NCBI GenBank assembly: GCA_014729505.1
Contig: WJJS01000001.1
Coordinates: 12,938 to 76,937, forward strand
Source: Candidatus Woesearchaeota archaeon
GTDB taxonomy: Archaea; Nanobdellota; Nanobdellia; Woesearchaeales; ARS49
Length of the DNA stretch: 64,000 nucleotides
Direction: 5' to 3'
Every line of letters starts with the position of its first letter. Position 1 is the stretch's first letter. Shown piece by piece: positions 1 through 9,894 of this stretch. Both the position numbers and the translations under genes were made by a program. Below the pieces are notes generated by a model. The model was not told the origin of the DNA and searched no databases. It worked only from the letters and a program-made list of their open reading frames with translations.

Positions 1-2013
1 AATAACAAGACGACCAGTGCATTTATTTTCCATAACCTTCTCAGCCCGTAGTAACAATTTCTCAGCAAACAACGGACAATCAATAACAAGACTTTCAAAC
101 TCCCCGCCCTCGCCAGCAACATTAAGACCTCTCTTTTCATGTAACCGCTGCAACTGTTTCACATCATCTCTGGTAATACTCCTGCCAAGCCACGACTCAT
201 CAAGACCATCACCAGCAATAGCAGTAAACCACAACACAAAACCATGATCGAGCAATTCGCGCATCTGCACCTCTTGAGGCTTATGCCACAAAGGAGAAAA
301 CATCTTGAGACCGAGCTCGTCACAAATACGCTCGATACGATCGCGCTGATATGTAGAAAACAAGGCCCCCGTTACGATACCTTGAATACCATACTGCTCT
401 TTTGCCGCACGAATAGTATGTTGCAGATCCAACAATTCCTTTTCCTTTTCACCAATAGTATTACCAATAACAAGAGGCAGACCCATTGATTGAGCCTGAA
501 GTGTTGTCAAATCAATAGTTGGCGTATGAAACATGAACGAATCAGGATTAGATGATTTCATCGTTATCAAACACGTCAACTCATAATTCTGCCTTTTCAT
601 AACATAAGCGGCATACGTACTGTCTTTACCTCCGCTAAATAGAACACCAAGCTTAACATTATGAGAAGGATAGAACTGAAGAAGATATTGTGACTTTAAG
701 AGTCCCTGTCGTTTTGCAAGTTTACCAATCGCATGATCAATTTTTGAACCGTACTGAGCAGCAATTTTCTTACGAGAAGCAAACTCCTCGGGAACACCCC
801 ATTCGCGAGCAATATCTCTTAACAATAACTTAGTAAGATCTCCAGAAATCTTATACTCGCCAGGAACACGCAACACATACTCGACAAGCGAACGATCAAG
901 AAAAGGAAGACGCAATTCAAGATGCAAAGCCATCGTAATAACATCATCACGATATAAATCACGCTCATACATCTTCAACAAACCCCACACACATTCCTTG
1001 TTCACATCCAGAGCCTTTTTATGACGTTCATACCCTGCAAAAATCTCCTCACTACCAAGACCAGAAAAAACAACCTTGCAACCATCCTCTTTAGCCAATT
1101 CACAAGCAAGAAAAAAAGTCAGTGCAACACCAACCTTCACCACATTAGAATCCTCAATAAGAGGAACAATACGAGACAAATACTGTGGAATATCATCTCT
1201 AGCAAGCTCGCGGACTTTAAGAGGTACGTCAAGAGCACGGGCAGCCCTTATAGCAGCATCAAGATCCTTAGCATTCGCATCTTTGATAGCCGCAGTGTAC
1301 AACGTGACTTCATGTCCATGATCCTTGAAATATTTAGCAAGAACAGTGCTATCCAAGCCACCACTAAACAACAATCCAATTTTTTGATGAGGAATTCGCT
1401 TTTTAATAGCCTCATCGAGCAAAGCTGCAGTTCTTGATTTAATACACTCATACGATTCAGTATGTTCGGGAAGATGCGTGACAAAAGAACGTTGTTGCCA
1501 AGAAACCGTATGAGAAGACACCTCAAAGAAAAGCAGTTGGCGAGGAATGAGTTCCTGCACATTTTCATACCCGAGATTCTCGAGCACTTTTTTTTCAGAA
1601 GCAAACGCAAAGACCTCGGTCGTATACACATACCACAATGGTTTGACACCAAACAAATCACGAGCAAGTAATAGTTGACCATCCCTTAGATACGCAAACG
1701 CAAAGACGCCGTCAAGAGAGGAGAGACACTCCTGACCGGACTCGTCGAGTACTCTGAGAAGAGCCTCCGCGTCATTTGCAGCATCAAGAACCAGTTCTTT
1801 CCAATTATAAATCTCACAATTAGCGACAAGCGTTCCACGACCAGACAAGGGCTGAGCAACATGATCAACAACAGCATGCAACGTATGACCAAGACAGCCG
1901 CCAGGCACCGGCTTCAATGCCTGTCCATCACGACCCCTCTCTTTAAGCAAACAAAGCGCTCTGCGTACCTGGGACTCTGCAGACGGGCCAAAAATACCTA
2001 CAATACCACACAT
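1..2013 (-). CDS. Fusion protein, 3' end off-window: glutamine-dependent asparagine synthase-like (GATase-II + PP-loop) followed by a Dph6/MJ0570-like PP-loop ATPase domain
   Basis: Hand translation of the minus strand; the ORF is absent from the track because it runs off the left edge. ATG at 2013 gives MCGIVGIFGP (Ntn Cys2). Further motifs: NCEIYNW, SGGLDS (1348-1365), LELRLPFLD. It continues in frame with no stop into LGVLFSGGKDS (619-636), SFMFHTP, FSPLWHK, GEGGEFESLVIDCP. Confidence 0.8.
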   Translation of the reverse strand, partial: MCGIVGIFGPSAESQVRRALCLLKERGRDGQALKPVPGGCLGHTLHAVVDHVAQPLSGRGTLVANCEIYNWKELVLDAANDAEALLRVLDESGQECLSSLDGVFAFAYLRDGQLLLARDLFGVKPLWYVYTTEVFAFASEKKVLENLGYENVQELIPRQLLFFEVSSHTVSWQQRSFVTHLPEHTESYECIKSRTAALLDEAIKKRIPHQKIGLLFSGGLDSTVLAKYFKDHGHEVTLYTAAIKDANAKDLDAAIRAARALDVPLKVRELARDDIPQYLSRIVPLIEDSNVVKVGVALTFFLACELAKEDGCKVVFSGLGSEEIFAGYERHKKALDVNKECVWGLLKMYERDLYRDDVITMALHLELRLPFLDRSLVEYVLRVPGEYKISGDLTKLLLRDIAREWGVPEEFASRKKIAAQYGSKIDHAIGKLAKRQGLLKSQYLLQFYPSHNVKLGVLFSGGKDSTYAAYVMKRQNYELTCLITMKSSNPDSFMFHTPTIDLTTLQAQSMGLPLVIGNTIGEKEKELLDLQHTIRAAKEQYGIQGIVTGALFSTYQRDRIERICDELGLKMFSPLWHKPQEVQMRELLDHGFVLWFTAIAGDGLDESWLGRSITRDDVKQLQRLHEKRGLNVAGEGGEFESLVIDCPLFAEKLLLRAEKVMENKCTGRLVI

Positions 2014-2054
2014 ACCACAAGAACAGAAAAAACGGTTTAAAAAACCTCTGACAA

Positions 2055-3866
2055 TTATAGATTACTGCGCTCAAGAGCAAGATTATGCGCTTTGATATAA
2101 TTCTCAACAAAATGCTTCCAATCCGCAGTCTCGGCGAGCTTTTTTGCACTAATGCGGTTCTCTGTACGTTCATGCTTTGACAAATGAGCAAAATCGTACA
2201 TGACATCAGTGAGTTTTTGAATCGCCAACTCCTCAGATTGTTTACGAGGAATCACAAAAATACCAGGAAAACGACCCTTAGCCTTGTCCTGCACGTACGA
2301 GCCAAAACCGGCCACGTCAGTAGTAACCGCGCTTACCCCAAGAGCACTAGTCTCAAGAGGAGTATAGCCCCAGGGTTCATAAAATGAGGGAAAGATACCG
2401 AGATTTCCGGCATTCAATGATTCTCGATACGTCAAATCCAACAAACCATCCGCACCCGTCAGATAAATCGGGTAGAACACGACCTTTACAGGATCATCCT
2501 CGTCATTAGCAAGACCTTCTTGACCAAGCATTGATAGAATAGGATCGGACTCTTCATGGTACAAATCATGAGTAGCCACCGGCGGTTTTCCCGACTGTTT
2601 TAGGCGACGAATCTTCACTTTCAAATCCTGCAACAAATCCTTATCAAAAATATTCTCCTTAGAAATTTGCTTTCCAGACACCAGCAAGTACGTTAAAGTA
2701 TTGCGTAACTCCTCGCCGAGATCATCAATATCATCCTTAATATCAAAAAAGTGAGAACGATTCTCCAACAATTCTGATTTAATGCTCTTCATACCGGCAG
2801 GAACCCAAAAGAACGTGATGATTGTCTTATTGGTTTTTTCCTTTTTGAGCCTCTCATTAAGACGGCTCAAGGACTTAATCAGCACATCAATACCCTTATC
2901 ATGAAACTCGTACCTTCCAGCGATAAAATAAATCAGCGTGTTTTCCAAATCAAACTCGTAATAAGGAAAAAAATAGTACATAAGAAACGTATGAATGCGT
3001 TGCTTAAAGATACGATGACGCACAGCAGATTCATCAAGAGTGGGAAACTTCGCAAAATCAAGACCATTTGTCACAATCACGTCGGGTTTTCTACCCAAAA
3101 ACTTCTCAGCCTCGGCACCAGTAATCGCACTAACAGTCGTAAACACATCAGCCTCACGAGCACAAATACGCTCCATCTGCACCTTTGCCCACAAGCCAGG
3201 ACCATGACGCTGCGCTTCACTTGGAGAAATAGAATCAAGCTGGTAAATATCCACTTTATTTGTTGCAAGAGTCCTGCCAAGCATAGTAGCATGAGTGGTG
3301 AATACGGATCCAAGAGGGACATTTCTGTCTTTACAATAGAGTAAAGCCGCACCAGACATCCATTCATGAGTATGCAACACTGTTTTTTTGTTGAAGATAC
3401 CGGTCAATTCCTCAACAACACGACCAACCGCCCAGGCCCACACGACAGGCTCATCAAAATCGTGATACTGCGTCGACAAAGAATCAAGCTTGAAACGCTC
3501 CCATAACAAGGTTTTTATCTCATTATTCTTATACTGGAAATCAGTATAATCAACAAGCATAACCTTAGGGGTGCCCTTAATCAACCATTGACCAGTATGC
3601 ACTTCAATGCCGACTTGTTTTAACCGTTCAAAGCAATCTTTGCACTGTTCGGGTACGGGGGTCTCCTCAAAAATACCGCGCAATTTATCAGGAAAATACG
3701 GTCCGATAAGGTAATAATTCTCATAATTCTCCTGCATAGAAGGAGCTTTAGACGTGACAACAGTGTAGATACCGCCAACTTTATTGCACACTTCCCACGA
3801 CACTTCAAAGAGAAGATCAGCACGAGGATCCATACGCTCATTCACGACTGCCGCGTATATAAACAT
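2055..3866 (-). CDS. Glycogen synthase, GT3 (eukaryote-like) family
   Basis: 603-aa ORF. The N-terminal LLFEVSWEVCNKVGGIYTVV is the hallmark of GT3 glycogen synthases. An alternative start at M12 (3833) is possible. Confidence 0.75.
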   Translation of the reverse strand: MFIYAAVVNERMDPRADLLFEVSWEVCNKVGGIYTVVTSKAPSMQENYENYYLIGPYFPDKLRGIFEETPVPEQCKDCFERLKQVGIEVHTGQWLIKGTPKVMLVDYTDFQYKNNEIKTLLWERFKLDSLSTQYHDFDEPVVWAWAVGRVVEELTGIFNKKTVLHTHEWMSGAALLYCKDRNVPLGSVFTTHATMLGRTLATNKVDIYQLDSISPSEAQRHGPGLWAKVQMERICAREADVFTTVSAITGAEAEKFLGRKPDVIVTNGLDFAKFPTLDESAVRHRIFKQRIHTFLMYYFFPYYEFDLENTLIYFIAGRYEFHDKGIDVLIKSLSRLNERLKKEKTNKTIITFFWVPAGMKSIKSELLENRSHFFDIKDDIDDLGEELRNTLTYLLVSGKQISKENIFDKDLLQDLKVKIRRLKQSGKPPVATHDLYHEESDPILSMLGQEGLANDEDDPVKVVFYPIYLTGADGLLDLTYRESLNAGNLGIFPSFYEPWGYTPLETSALGVSAVTTDVAGFGSYVQDKAKGRFPGIFVIPRKQSEELAIQKLTDVMYDFAHLSKHERTENRISAKKLAETADWKHFVENYIKAHNLALERSNL

Positions 3867-3928
3867 TTAACACTCTTTATGAGTAATAAAATATTTCTGA
3901 ACATCTTTTTGTTCATCCAAGCATCTGT

Positions 3929-6550
3929 TCAGTATTTCCTGAACAGCTTCACGATTTCGCCGAAAATCAAAACACTGGACGCTACAGCAGCAGCAATCAT
4001 CCAATCCATAAATGAAAGCGGAATCGTCTCAAAAAGAGTATTGAAAATACCAAGATGCACACTTGCAATTTGCAAACCAAAACTGAGCAACACCGCACCA
4101 ATCAACCATTTGTTAGACCATAACCCTACCGTAAAAATTGATTTCGTCTCAGAACGCTGATTAAGCACGTTAAACAACTGGAAAAGAACCAAGGTAGTAA
4201 AAGCCATCGTTTGCGCATATGTTTTATTCACCTCAGGCTCGTACCATTCAAACACAAAAAGAGTGCCAGCCATCATCAAAAGGCCAATAAACAACATAAG
4301 ACCTGCCCTGCTCTTGTTAACAATCTTTTCATCAATATCGCGAGGCTTTCGCTCCATAACTCCCGGTTCTTTAGGATCAACACTTAAACTCGTCGCAGGC
4401 AATAAATCAGTGGCAAGATTAATCCACAAAATCTGTCTTGCAGTTAACGGATCAATAAGGCCGAGAAGCGTTGCCACAAAAATAGTCAAAATCTCGCCGA
4501 CATTGCTTGATAACAAGTATATGACAAACTTCTTGATGTTATCATAAATAACGCGACCTTCTTCAACTGCACGAACAATAGTTGCAAAATTATCATCGGC
4601 AAGAATCATATCGCTGGCCTGACGAGAAACATCAGTACCAGTGATACCCATTGCAATGCCAAGATCAGCCTTCTTTAAAGCAGGAGCATCATTAGCACCG
4701 TCACCCGTCATAGCAACAATATGCCTGTTCTTACGCAGTGCATCGACAATATGCAGTTTATCCTCTGGATTAACACGGGCATAAATACTAATCTTTTCAA
4801 CATCACGCGAAAGATTGATAGACTCAAGCTCTACACCCTCAATAGCCCTGCCCTCAAGACCAATCTGTTTACCAATCGCTTTAGCAGTACCGAGATGATC
4901 GCCAGTAATCATCACCACCTTGATACCTGCAGCATTGCACGTCTTAATTGCTTTTTTAACCTCCTCTCGAGGAGGGTCAATCATGCCCTGCAACCCAATA
5001 AAGATCATGCTCTTTTCAATATCATCATGACTCAATTCATCCTTGAACTCCTTATAACAAAAACCAAGAACGCGCAAAGCCTGACTGGTAAATTCATCAT
5101 TTGTTTCAAGAATATGATCCCGATCCTCTTTAGTCAGCCGACGAACCTTTCCATCAACCAACATATGAGTACAAAAACCAAGCACCACTTCAGGAGCGCC
5201 CTTCGTATACGCCGTCTTCTTACCTTCAAAAGTGGAATGAATCGTCGTCATACACTTGCGTTCAGAACTAAAATCGATTTCATCAACGCGCGTATTATCA
5301 GAACGCACCTTGTCAAGATCAATACCTGACTTTGCTGCACTGACCAATAAAGCACCTTCAGTAGGGTCACCGACAATACTATGACGGCCCTGCTCCACAT
5401 CAAGCTGGGCATTATTGTTCAACACTCCTGCACGCAATAACGTATCAAGAGAGGATGTCTCTTTGGAAAAATCACCCTTTGGTTCATAACCAGAACCAGT
5501 TACCTGAACCACCTGTCCATCAACATACAGTTTTTTAACAGTCATCTCGTTATGCGTCAGCGTACCCGTTTTATCGGTACAAATCACCGTACACGCGCCC
5601 AGCGTTTCAACACTTGGAAGCTTGCGCATCAACGCCTTCTTCTTAGCCATGCGCTGCACGCCAAGAGCAAAAGCAATAGTAACCACTGCAGGCAAACCCT
5701 CAGGAATAGCAGCGACTGCAAGGGCAACAGCCTTTTCAAACACTTCAAGAAGATTTTTACCCAACAACACATCAACGCCAATCATCACCATAGCGATCAA
5801 GACCACCGCAGCAGTAAGCTGATATGCCAGTTTCTTGAGATCCTTTTGTATCGGCGTGGGCTCGCTTTTTGTCTTTTTGAGCATAGTTGCAATCTTACCG
5901 ATCTCAGTACGCATGCCAGTAGAAGTGACAACCGCCTTGCCGTGACCGGCAGTAACTGTCGTGCCAGAAAACACCATATTCTTCTGATCACCAATAGACA
6001 AACGATCAGCAATTCTCTTCACATCCTTTTTAACAGGAACAGATTCCCCGGTCAAAGCCGCTTCCTGCGTTTGCACATTCACCGCATCAATAAGACGAGC
6101 ATCTGCAGGCACAATATTACCTGTCTCCAGCACAATAATATCGCCCTTCACCACTTCTTCAGCAGGAATTTCGCGCCGACGACCATCACGAATAACAATG
6201 GCCTTAGGACTCACCATCTTACGCAATGCTTCAATAGATTCCTCGGCCTTATACTCCTGCCAAAAACCAAACAACGCATTAGCAATAACAACAATTGTAA
6301 TAACGTAAAAATCAATAAACTCTTGTAAAAACAAAGAAATACCCATCGCTGCCAAGAGAATCCAGACAAGAGGACTTGTAAACTGATGCAAGAAGATCAC
6401 AAACGGACTTATCTTCTTTTCACGCTCAAGAGCATTTTTACCAAACTTTTGCAAACGCTCCTTAGCCTGAGATTGTGATAATCCTTCCTTAGAAGAAGCA
6501 ACCTTATCAAATACCTTCTCCAAAGGCAGTTGATACCACTCTTTTTCCAT
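3929..6550 (-). CDS. P-type cation-transporting ATPase, type IIA (Ca2+ pump, PacL/SERCA-like)
   Basis: 873-aa ORF with ALTGESVPV (TGES), [10 protein letters not shown] phosphorylation site, MITGDH and [20 protein letters not shown]. Confidence 0.9.
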   Translation of the reverse strand: MEKEWYQLPLEKVFDKVASSKEGLSQSQAKERLQKFGKNALEREKKISPFVIFLHQFTSPLVWILLAAMGISLFLQEFIDFYVITIVVIANALFGFWQEYKAEESIEALRKMVSPKAIVIRDGRRREIPAEEVVKGDIIVLETGNIVPADARLIDAVNVQTQEAALTGESVPVKKDVKRIADRLSIGDQKNMVFSGTTVTAGHGKAVVTSTGMRTEIGKIATMLKKTKSEPTPIQKDLKKLAYQLTAAVVLIAMVMIGVDVLLGKNLLEVFEKAVALAVAAIPEGLPAVVTIAFALGVQRMAKKKALMRKLPSVETLGACTVICTDKTGTLTHNEMTVKKLYVDGQVVQVTGSGYEPKGDFSKETSSLDTLLRAGVLNNNAQLDVEQGRHSIVGDPTEGALLVSAAKSGIDLDKVRSDNTRVDEIDFSSERKCMTTIHSTFEGKKTAYTKGAPEVVLGFCTHMLVDGKVRRLTKEDRDHILETNDEFTSQALRVLGFCYKEFKDELSHDDIEKSMIFIGLQGMIDPPREEVKKAIKTCNAAGIKVVMITGDHLGTAKAIGKQIGLEGRAIEGVELESINLSRDVEKISIYARVNPEDKLHIVDALRKNRHIVAMTGDGANDAPALKKADLGIAMGITGTDVSRQASDMILADDNFATIVRAVEEGRVIYDNIKKFVIYLLSSNVGEILTIFVATLLGLIDPLTARQILWINLATDLLPATSLSVDPKEPGVMERKPRDIDEKIVNKSRAGLMLFIGLLMMAGTLFVFEWYEPEVNKTYAQTMAFTTLVLFQLFNVLNQRSETKSIFTVGLWSNKWLIGAVLLSFGLQIASVHLGIFNTLFETIPLSFMDWMIAAAVASSVLIFGEIVKLFRKY

Positions 6551-6648
6551 ATCCTGATGTACGCGCTAATAATTATATAATAGTTTCTATACCTGCTCTG
6601 GCAGACGACAAAAAATTTATATGCGTTGCACGTAACCGTCTAATAAAA

Positions 6649-7491
6649 ATGGTGAATGCAAGCGACCTGCTCACAACAACATACGTAACCTGTGATGTAA
6701 ACGACAGAATCTCCTCATTATTAGGAAAAATGAAACGAGCACAGGAAGGAGCTGCAGTCGTAACAAAAAAAGGAAACTATCTTGGCATTGTACATCGCAG
6801 TGCATTTCTCGTCTCGCGAGCGCATGCCAGCGATACAAAAGTAGCAAATATTTACCAACGCCGAAGCAAAGCAAAATCAAACTTTTTTGTACCAACATTA
6901 TCACGCACTTCTTCACTGCCAGTCATGTGCAAACGCATGCTGCAAAGCAATTCACGCATGCTGCCCGTCATGGAAAAAGACCGACTAATAGGAGTAGTTA
7001 AAGATATGGAGTTACTTAAGGCGATAGCTCCAGATTTCTCATCAATACCTGCATTTGAACTGGCAAGCACAGATTCAATAACGGTGAGAGAAAACAACGT
7101 TATTTATGCGGCCATGACTGCTATGAAAAAACACAAGATCGGACACATTCCTGTAGTGGATAAGAACGGAAAACTGTTAGGAATCCTCAGCGGTTATGAT
7201 TATCTGGAAATGCACTTACACTCACGATCACGAATGCATCAGTCACGCAAAGGAACACATTCTGACTACAAAAACCGAGGATTTGATACGGGCGAAAAAA
7301 TAAGTCTTGGAGACTTACCAGTACGAGATTTTATGAGCGAAAAAGTAATCACTGCAACGCCGCGCACAACAATCGCACAATGCATACAACTCATGATAGA
7401 CAATAATGCGCACAGCATTGTTCTCACACGATACGACAAGCCAGTAGGAGTACTTACCTGTCACGATATATTTATTCACGCCGCTCAATAG
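6649..7491 (+). CDS. CBS-domain protein (tandem CBS pairs)
   Basis: 280-aa ORF with repeated CBS-like strands: IGHIPVVDKNGKLLGILSGYD, MLPVMEKDRLIGVV, SIVLTRYDKPVGVLTCHDI. Confidence 0.7.
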   Translation: MVNASDLLTTTYVTCDVNDRISSLLGKMKRAQEGAAVVTKKGNYLGIVHRSAFLVSRAHASDTKVANIYQRRSKAKSNFFVPTLSRTSSLPVMCKRMLQSNSRMLPVMEKDRLIGVVKDMELLKAIAPDFSSIPAFELASTDSITVRENNVIYAAMTAMKKHKIGHIPVVDKNGKLLGILSGYDYLEMHLHSRSRMHQSRKGTHSDYKNRGFDTGEKISLGDLPVRDFMSEKVITATPRTTIAQCIQLMIDNNAHSIVLTRYDKPVGVLTCHDIFIHAAQ

Positions 7492-8320
7492 AAACGCCGG
7501 GAGTAAGAAGTTCCCGCGTAGATAAAGGACAGACAAACGAGGGCAACACTGGTTCTCCAGTACTTCGATTTTCAATTGTCGCGTCATGTCGTGATTGATC
7601 TCTTGAAAGAATGGCTCCGCGTGTTGCACGAAAATGAGTATACAAACGCGCAGCAAGTTCTTGCTCTGTAGGACCAACAATAGTATATTGTTGTCCATTG
7701 GACAATAAATGAACCTGCAACGGCATCTTATACGGCAAAACCAGTTCAGGACCATGAGCACTATTATCAAGATCCTGAGCAGACGCTGCAGAACCATTAG
7801 GATGCGAATGCCAGGTCAGTACATACTCGTGATTCGTTTGAGGACGACCATACGTGTGAGGCAAAATATGTTGACGAGCAACATGTTCAAGAACCTTACA
7901 ATCATCATCACTCCATTCATTTTTTGAAAGCAAAGGACGCGCTTTATCAATCGCTTCTACAACGCCAGTATTACCGGTACGCACGTGCACCCGGCGGGCG
8001 CGAGCAAACAGGCTCTTCATATTGTCAAGATGCTGTGCAGAACCCTCACGTAATTCATTGACATACTCGATCAAGTCAAGAAATTCATTACGCAAAGGAA
8101 CAACAATATAGCGTCCGTTACTCTCGCGGACAATACCGCCAGTTTCATACCCTTGTGTCAACTCGTGATTAGTCTGACTAAGCAAATCACTGCGTGTTTG
8201 ACTGTCCTCAAGCATTTGCATAACGCGAGGACGAATCTCGTCAAGAGAAATGGTGTGCTCGGGCGCGGTACAACCCGCAAGACCGGCCAGTACTATTGTT
8301 GCTAAACGTCGTCCACTCAT
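7472..8320 (-). CDS. Predicted lipoprotein with a JAB/MPN-like metalloprotease motif
   Basis: N-terminus MSGRRLATIVLAGLAGC contains a lipobox (LAGC). YETGGIV and WHSHPNGSAASAQDLD resemble the E...HxHx(6-7)SxxD JAMM signature, with spacing one residue short. It lies 24 nt downstream of lgt. Confidence 0.45.
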   Translation of the reverse strand: MSGRRLATIVLAGLAGCTAPEHTISLDEIRPRVMQMLEDSQTRSDLLSQTNHELTQGYETGGIVRESNGRYIVVPLRNEFLDLIEYVNELREGSAQHLDNMKSLFARARRVHVRTGNTGVVEAIDKARPLLSKNEWSDDDCKVLEHVARQHILPHTYGRPQTNHEYVLTWHSHPNGSAASAQDLDNSAHGPELVLPYKMPLQVHLLSNGQQYTIVGPTEQELAARLYTHFRATRGAILSRDQSRHDATIENRSTGEPVLPSFVCPLSTRELLTPGVSIERRE

Positions 8321-8344
8321 AAAATATATATTGGGAAATATATG

Positions 8345-9133
8345 TTATAAAGGTTTCGGTGATTGGCGATACTGATAATAGAGTATTGCGCTGCCCGCGA
8401 TACACATAACGATATTGAACACCTGACCCAAGGTCAAACCAAGCAGACTTGGTTCGCCCACACGCAAAAACTCAGTACAAAAGCGAAACACTGCATATAA
8501 AATGAGCCAGATCGCAAGAAGACTTCCCGGACGAAGACCGCGATCACGCAAAAGCCACAGCACTACAAAAATAACAACATTATACGCGACTTCATACAAC
8601 TGGTTTGGATGACGAAACACCAATTGACCAAAAGCGTCAGTTTCACCACCAAAATTAACACCCCAGGGAAGCGACGTGACACGACCAAACAGTTCGCCAT
8701 TAATGAAATTACCCATCCTGCCAAAGGCTTGCCCAAGGGAAAGCGGCACAATCAAAAGATCGCCAAGCGAGAGCAACGATAAGCCAAAACGACGAGCAAG
8801 AATATACGCAGTAATAATCATCGCTACAAGAGAACCATGAAAACTAAGACCACCCTTCCAAATAGCAAGAATTTCAACAGGATGAGCAAAATAATAACCG
8901 GGCTGCCAAAACAGAACCTCAAACAGCCGCGCTCCAATAATCAACGCAACAACAAGCCAGACCATGAGCGAGTCCAACTGCTCAAGAGTAAGCGCAGTCT
9001 TTTCTTGACGAATACGACGACGAACATACCAGTACGCAAACAAAAAGGCCAAGACGTACATCACGCCATACCAATGAATCCTCAAAGGGCCAATACTAAT
9101 GAGGACCGGATCAATCGTGTGAATCCATACCAT
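8345..9133 (-). CDS. lgt: Prolipoprotein diacylglyceryl transferase
   Basis: 262-aa polytopic ORF. IDPVLISIGPLRIHWYGVMY, WKGGLSFHG, GRMGNFINGELFGR and HPNQLYE align along the whole length with bacterial Lgt. Confidence 0.9.
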   Translation of the reverse strand: MVWIHTIDPVLISIGPLRIHWYGVMYVLAFLFAYWYVRRRIRQEKTALTLEQLDSLMVWLVVALIIGARLFEVLFWQPGYYFAHPVEILAIWKGGLSFHGSLVAMIITAYILARRFGLSLLSLGDLLIVPLSLGQAFGRMGNFINGELFGRVTSLPWGVNFGGETDAFGQLVFRHPNQLYEVAYNVVIFVVLWLLRDRGLRPGSLLAIWLILYAVFRFCTEFLRVGEPSLLGLTLGQVFNIVMCIAGSAILYYQYRQSPKPL

Positions 9134-9893
9134 ATGTAGCTAATGAAAAAAGACGAATAAATGATAAGAGCGGAAACAGCGCAAGACCAACAACAAATCC
9201 TGCAAAAGGACTTAACAGATTGACGCTATAGATAATGACCTGAGCGAAAGCAAGACTGCCGGCAATCACGACCATCATAGGAACAAAGAGTTTCCAACGT
9301 CGAAGCCCGAGACGAAACGCGTAACGCACATTCAAGGAACCATACGAAATAAGAGCGAAATACACAAGAGCGACAAGCAAGATATAGAACGGAATAAAAG
9401 GCCATACAGGTTTTGTCGTCGAAGTAAGCGATGCAATAAGAGTGTAGCGCAAATCAACATAGAGCAAAGCAAAAAACAACACAAGACCGGAGATAAACCA
9501 TGGCAGATTTACCAAAAAGAAACGAAGAAAAAACCTCTTGACTTCATACATAAGCAAGCGTCTAGACAAATGCCACGCCAAACCCTGAAGAACACCATAC
9601 ACGACGTAAGCAATCAAACCCGCAAGCAGCGTATATAGCACAAACCGCAGTACAAGAGGTTGCAAAGTGCTATGAGACACTAACGTCCACACACTAAACG
9701 AGTCAAGCTGTTGCAACACTTGACCGATACCAGTAGTCAGCGTAAAGGACAATTCCAGTAAACGATCAACAACAGGAGCAGTAGCAAAACCTAGCACAAA
9801 AAGAAAAGAGACATCAATAAGACCAAGAGCAAGCACCACTAACACATTGTTTTTCATCACTCGTGCAGTATAGTAAATACTCTTTTGTAACAT
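9111..9893 (-). CDS. Polytopic membrane protein, unknown function
   Basis: 260-aa ORF with about 7 hydrophobic segments. Its 3' end overlaps the lgt start by 23 nt, and it starts 2 nt after the TPR gene stop. Confidence 0.6.
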   Translation of the reverse strand: MLQKSIYYTARVMKNNVLVVLALGLIDVSFLFVLGFATAPVVDRLLELSFTLTTGIGQVLQQLDSFSVWTLVSHSTLQPLVLRFVLYTLLAGLIAYVVYGVLQGLAWHLSRRLLMYEVKRFFLRFFLVNLPWFISGLVLFFALLYVDLRYTLIASLTSTTKPVWPFIPFYILLVALVYFALISYGSLNVRYAFRLGLRRWKLFVPMMVVIAGSLAFAQVIIYSVNLLSPFAGFVVGLALFPLLSFIRLFSLATYGMDSHD

Positions 9894-9894
9894 A

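Noticed and set aside
17-1892. Track ORFs on both strands across 17-1892 (for example 1021-1437 plus strand, 1248-1682 minus strand).
   Set aside because: All overlap the long hand-translated AsnB-like/Dph6-like frame, which carries clear catalytic motifs. The listed ORFs are out-of-frame or antisense artefacts.
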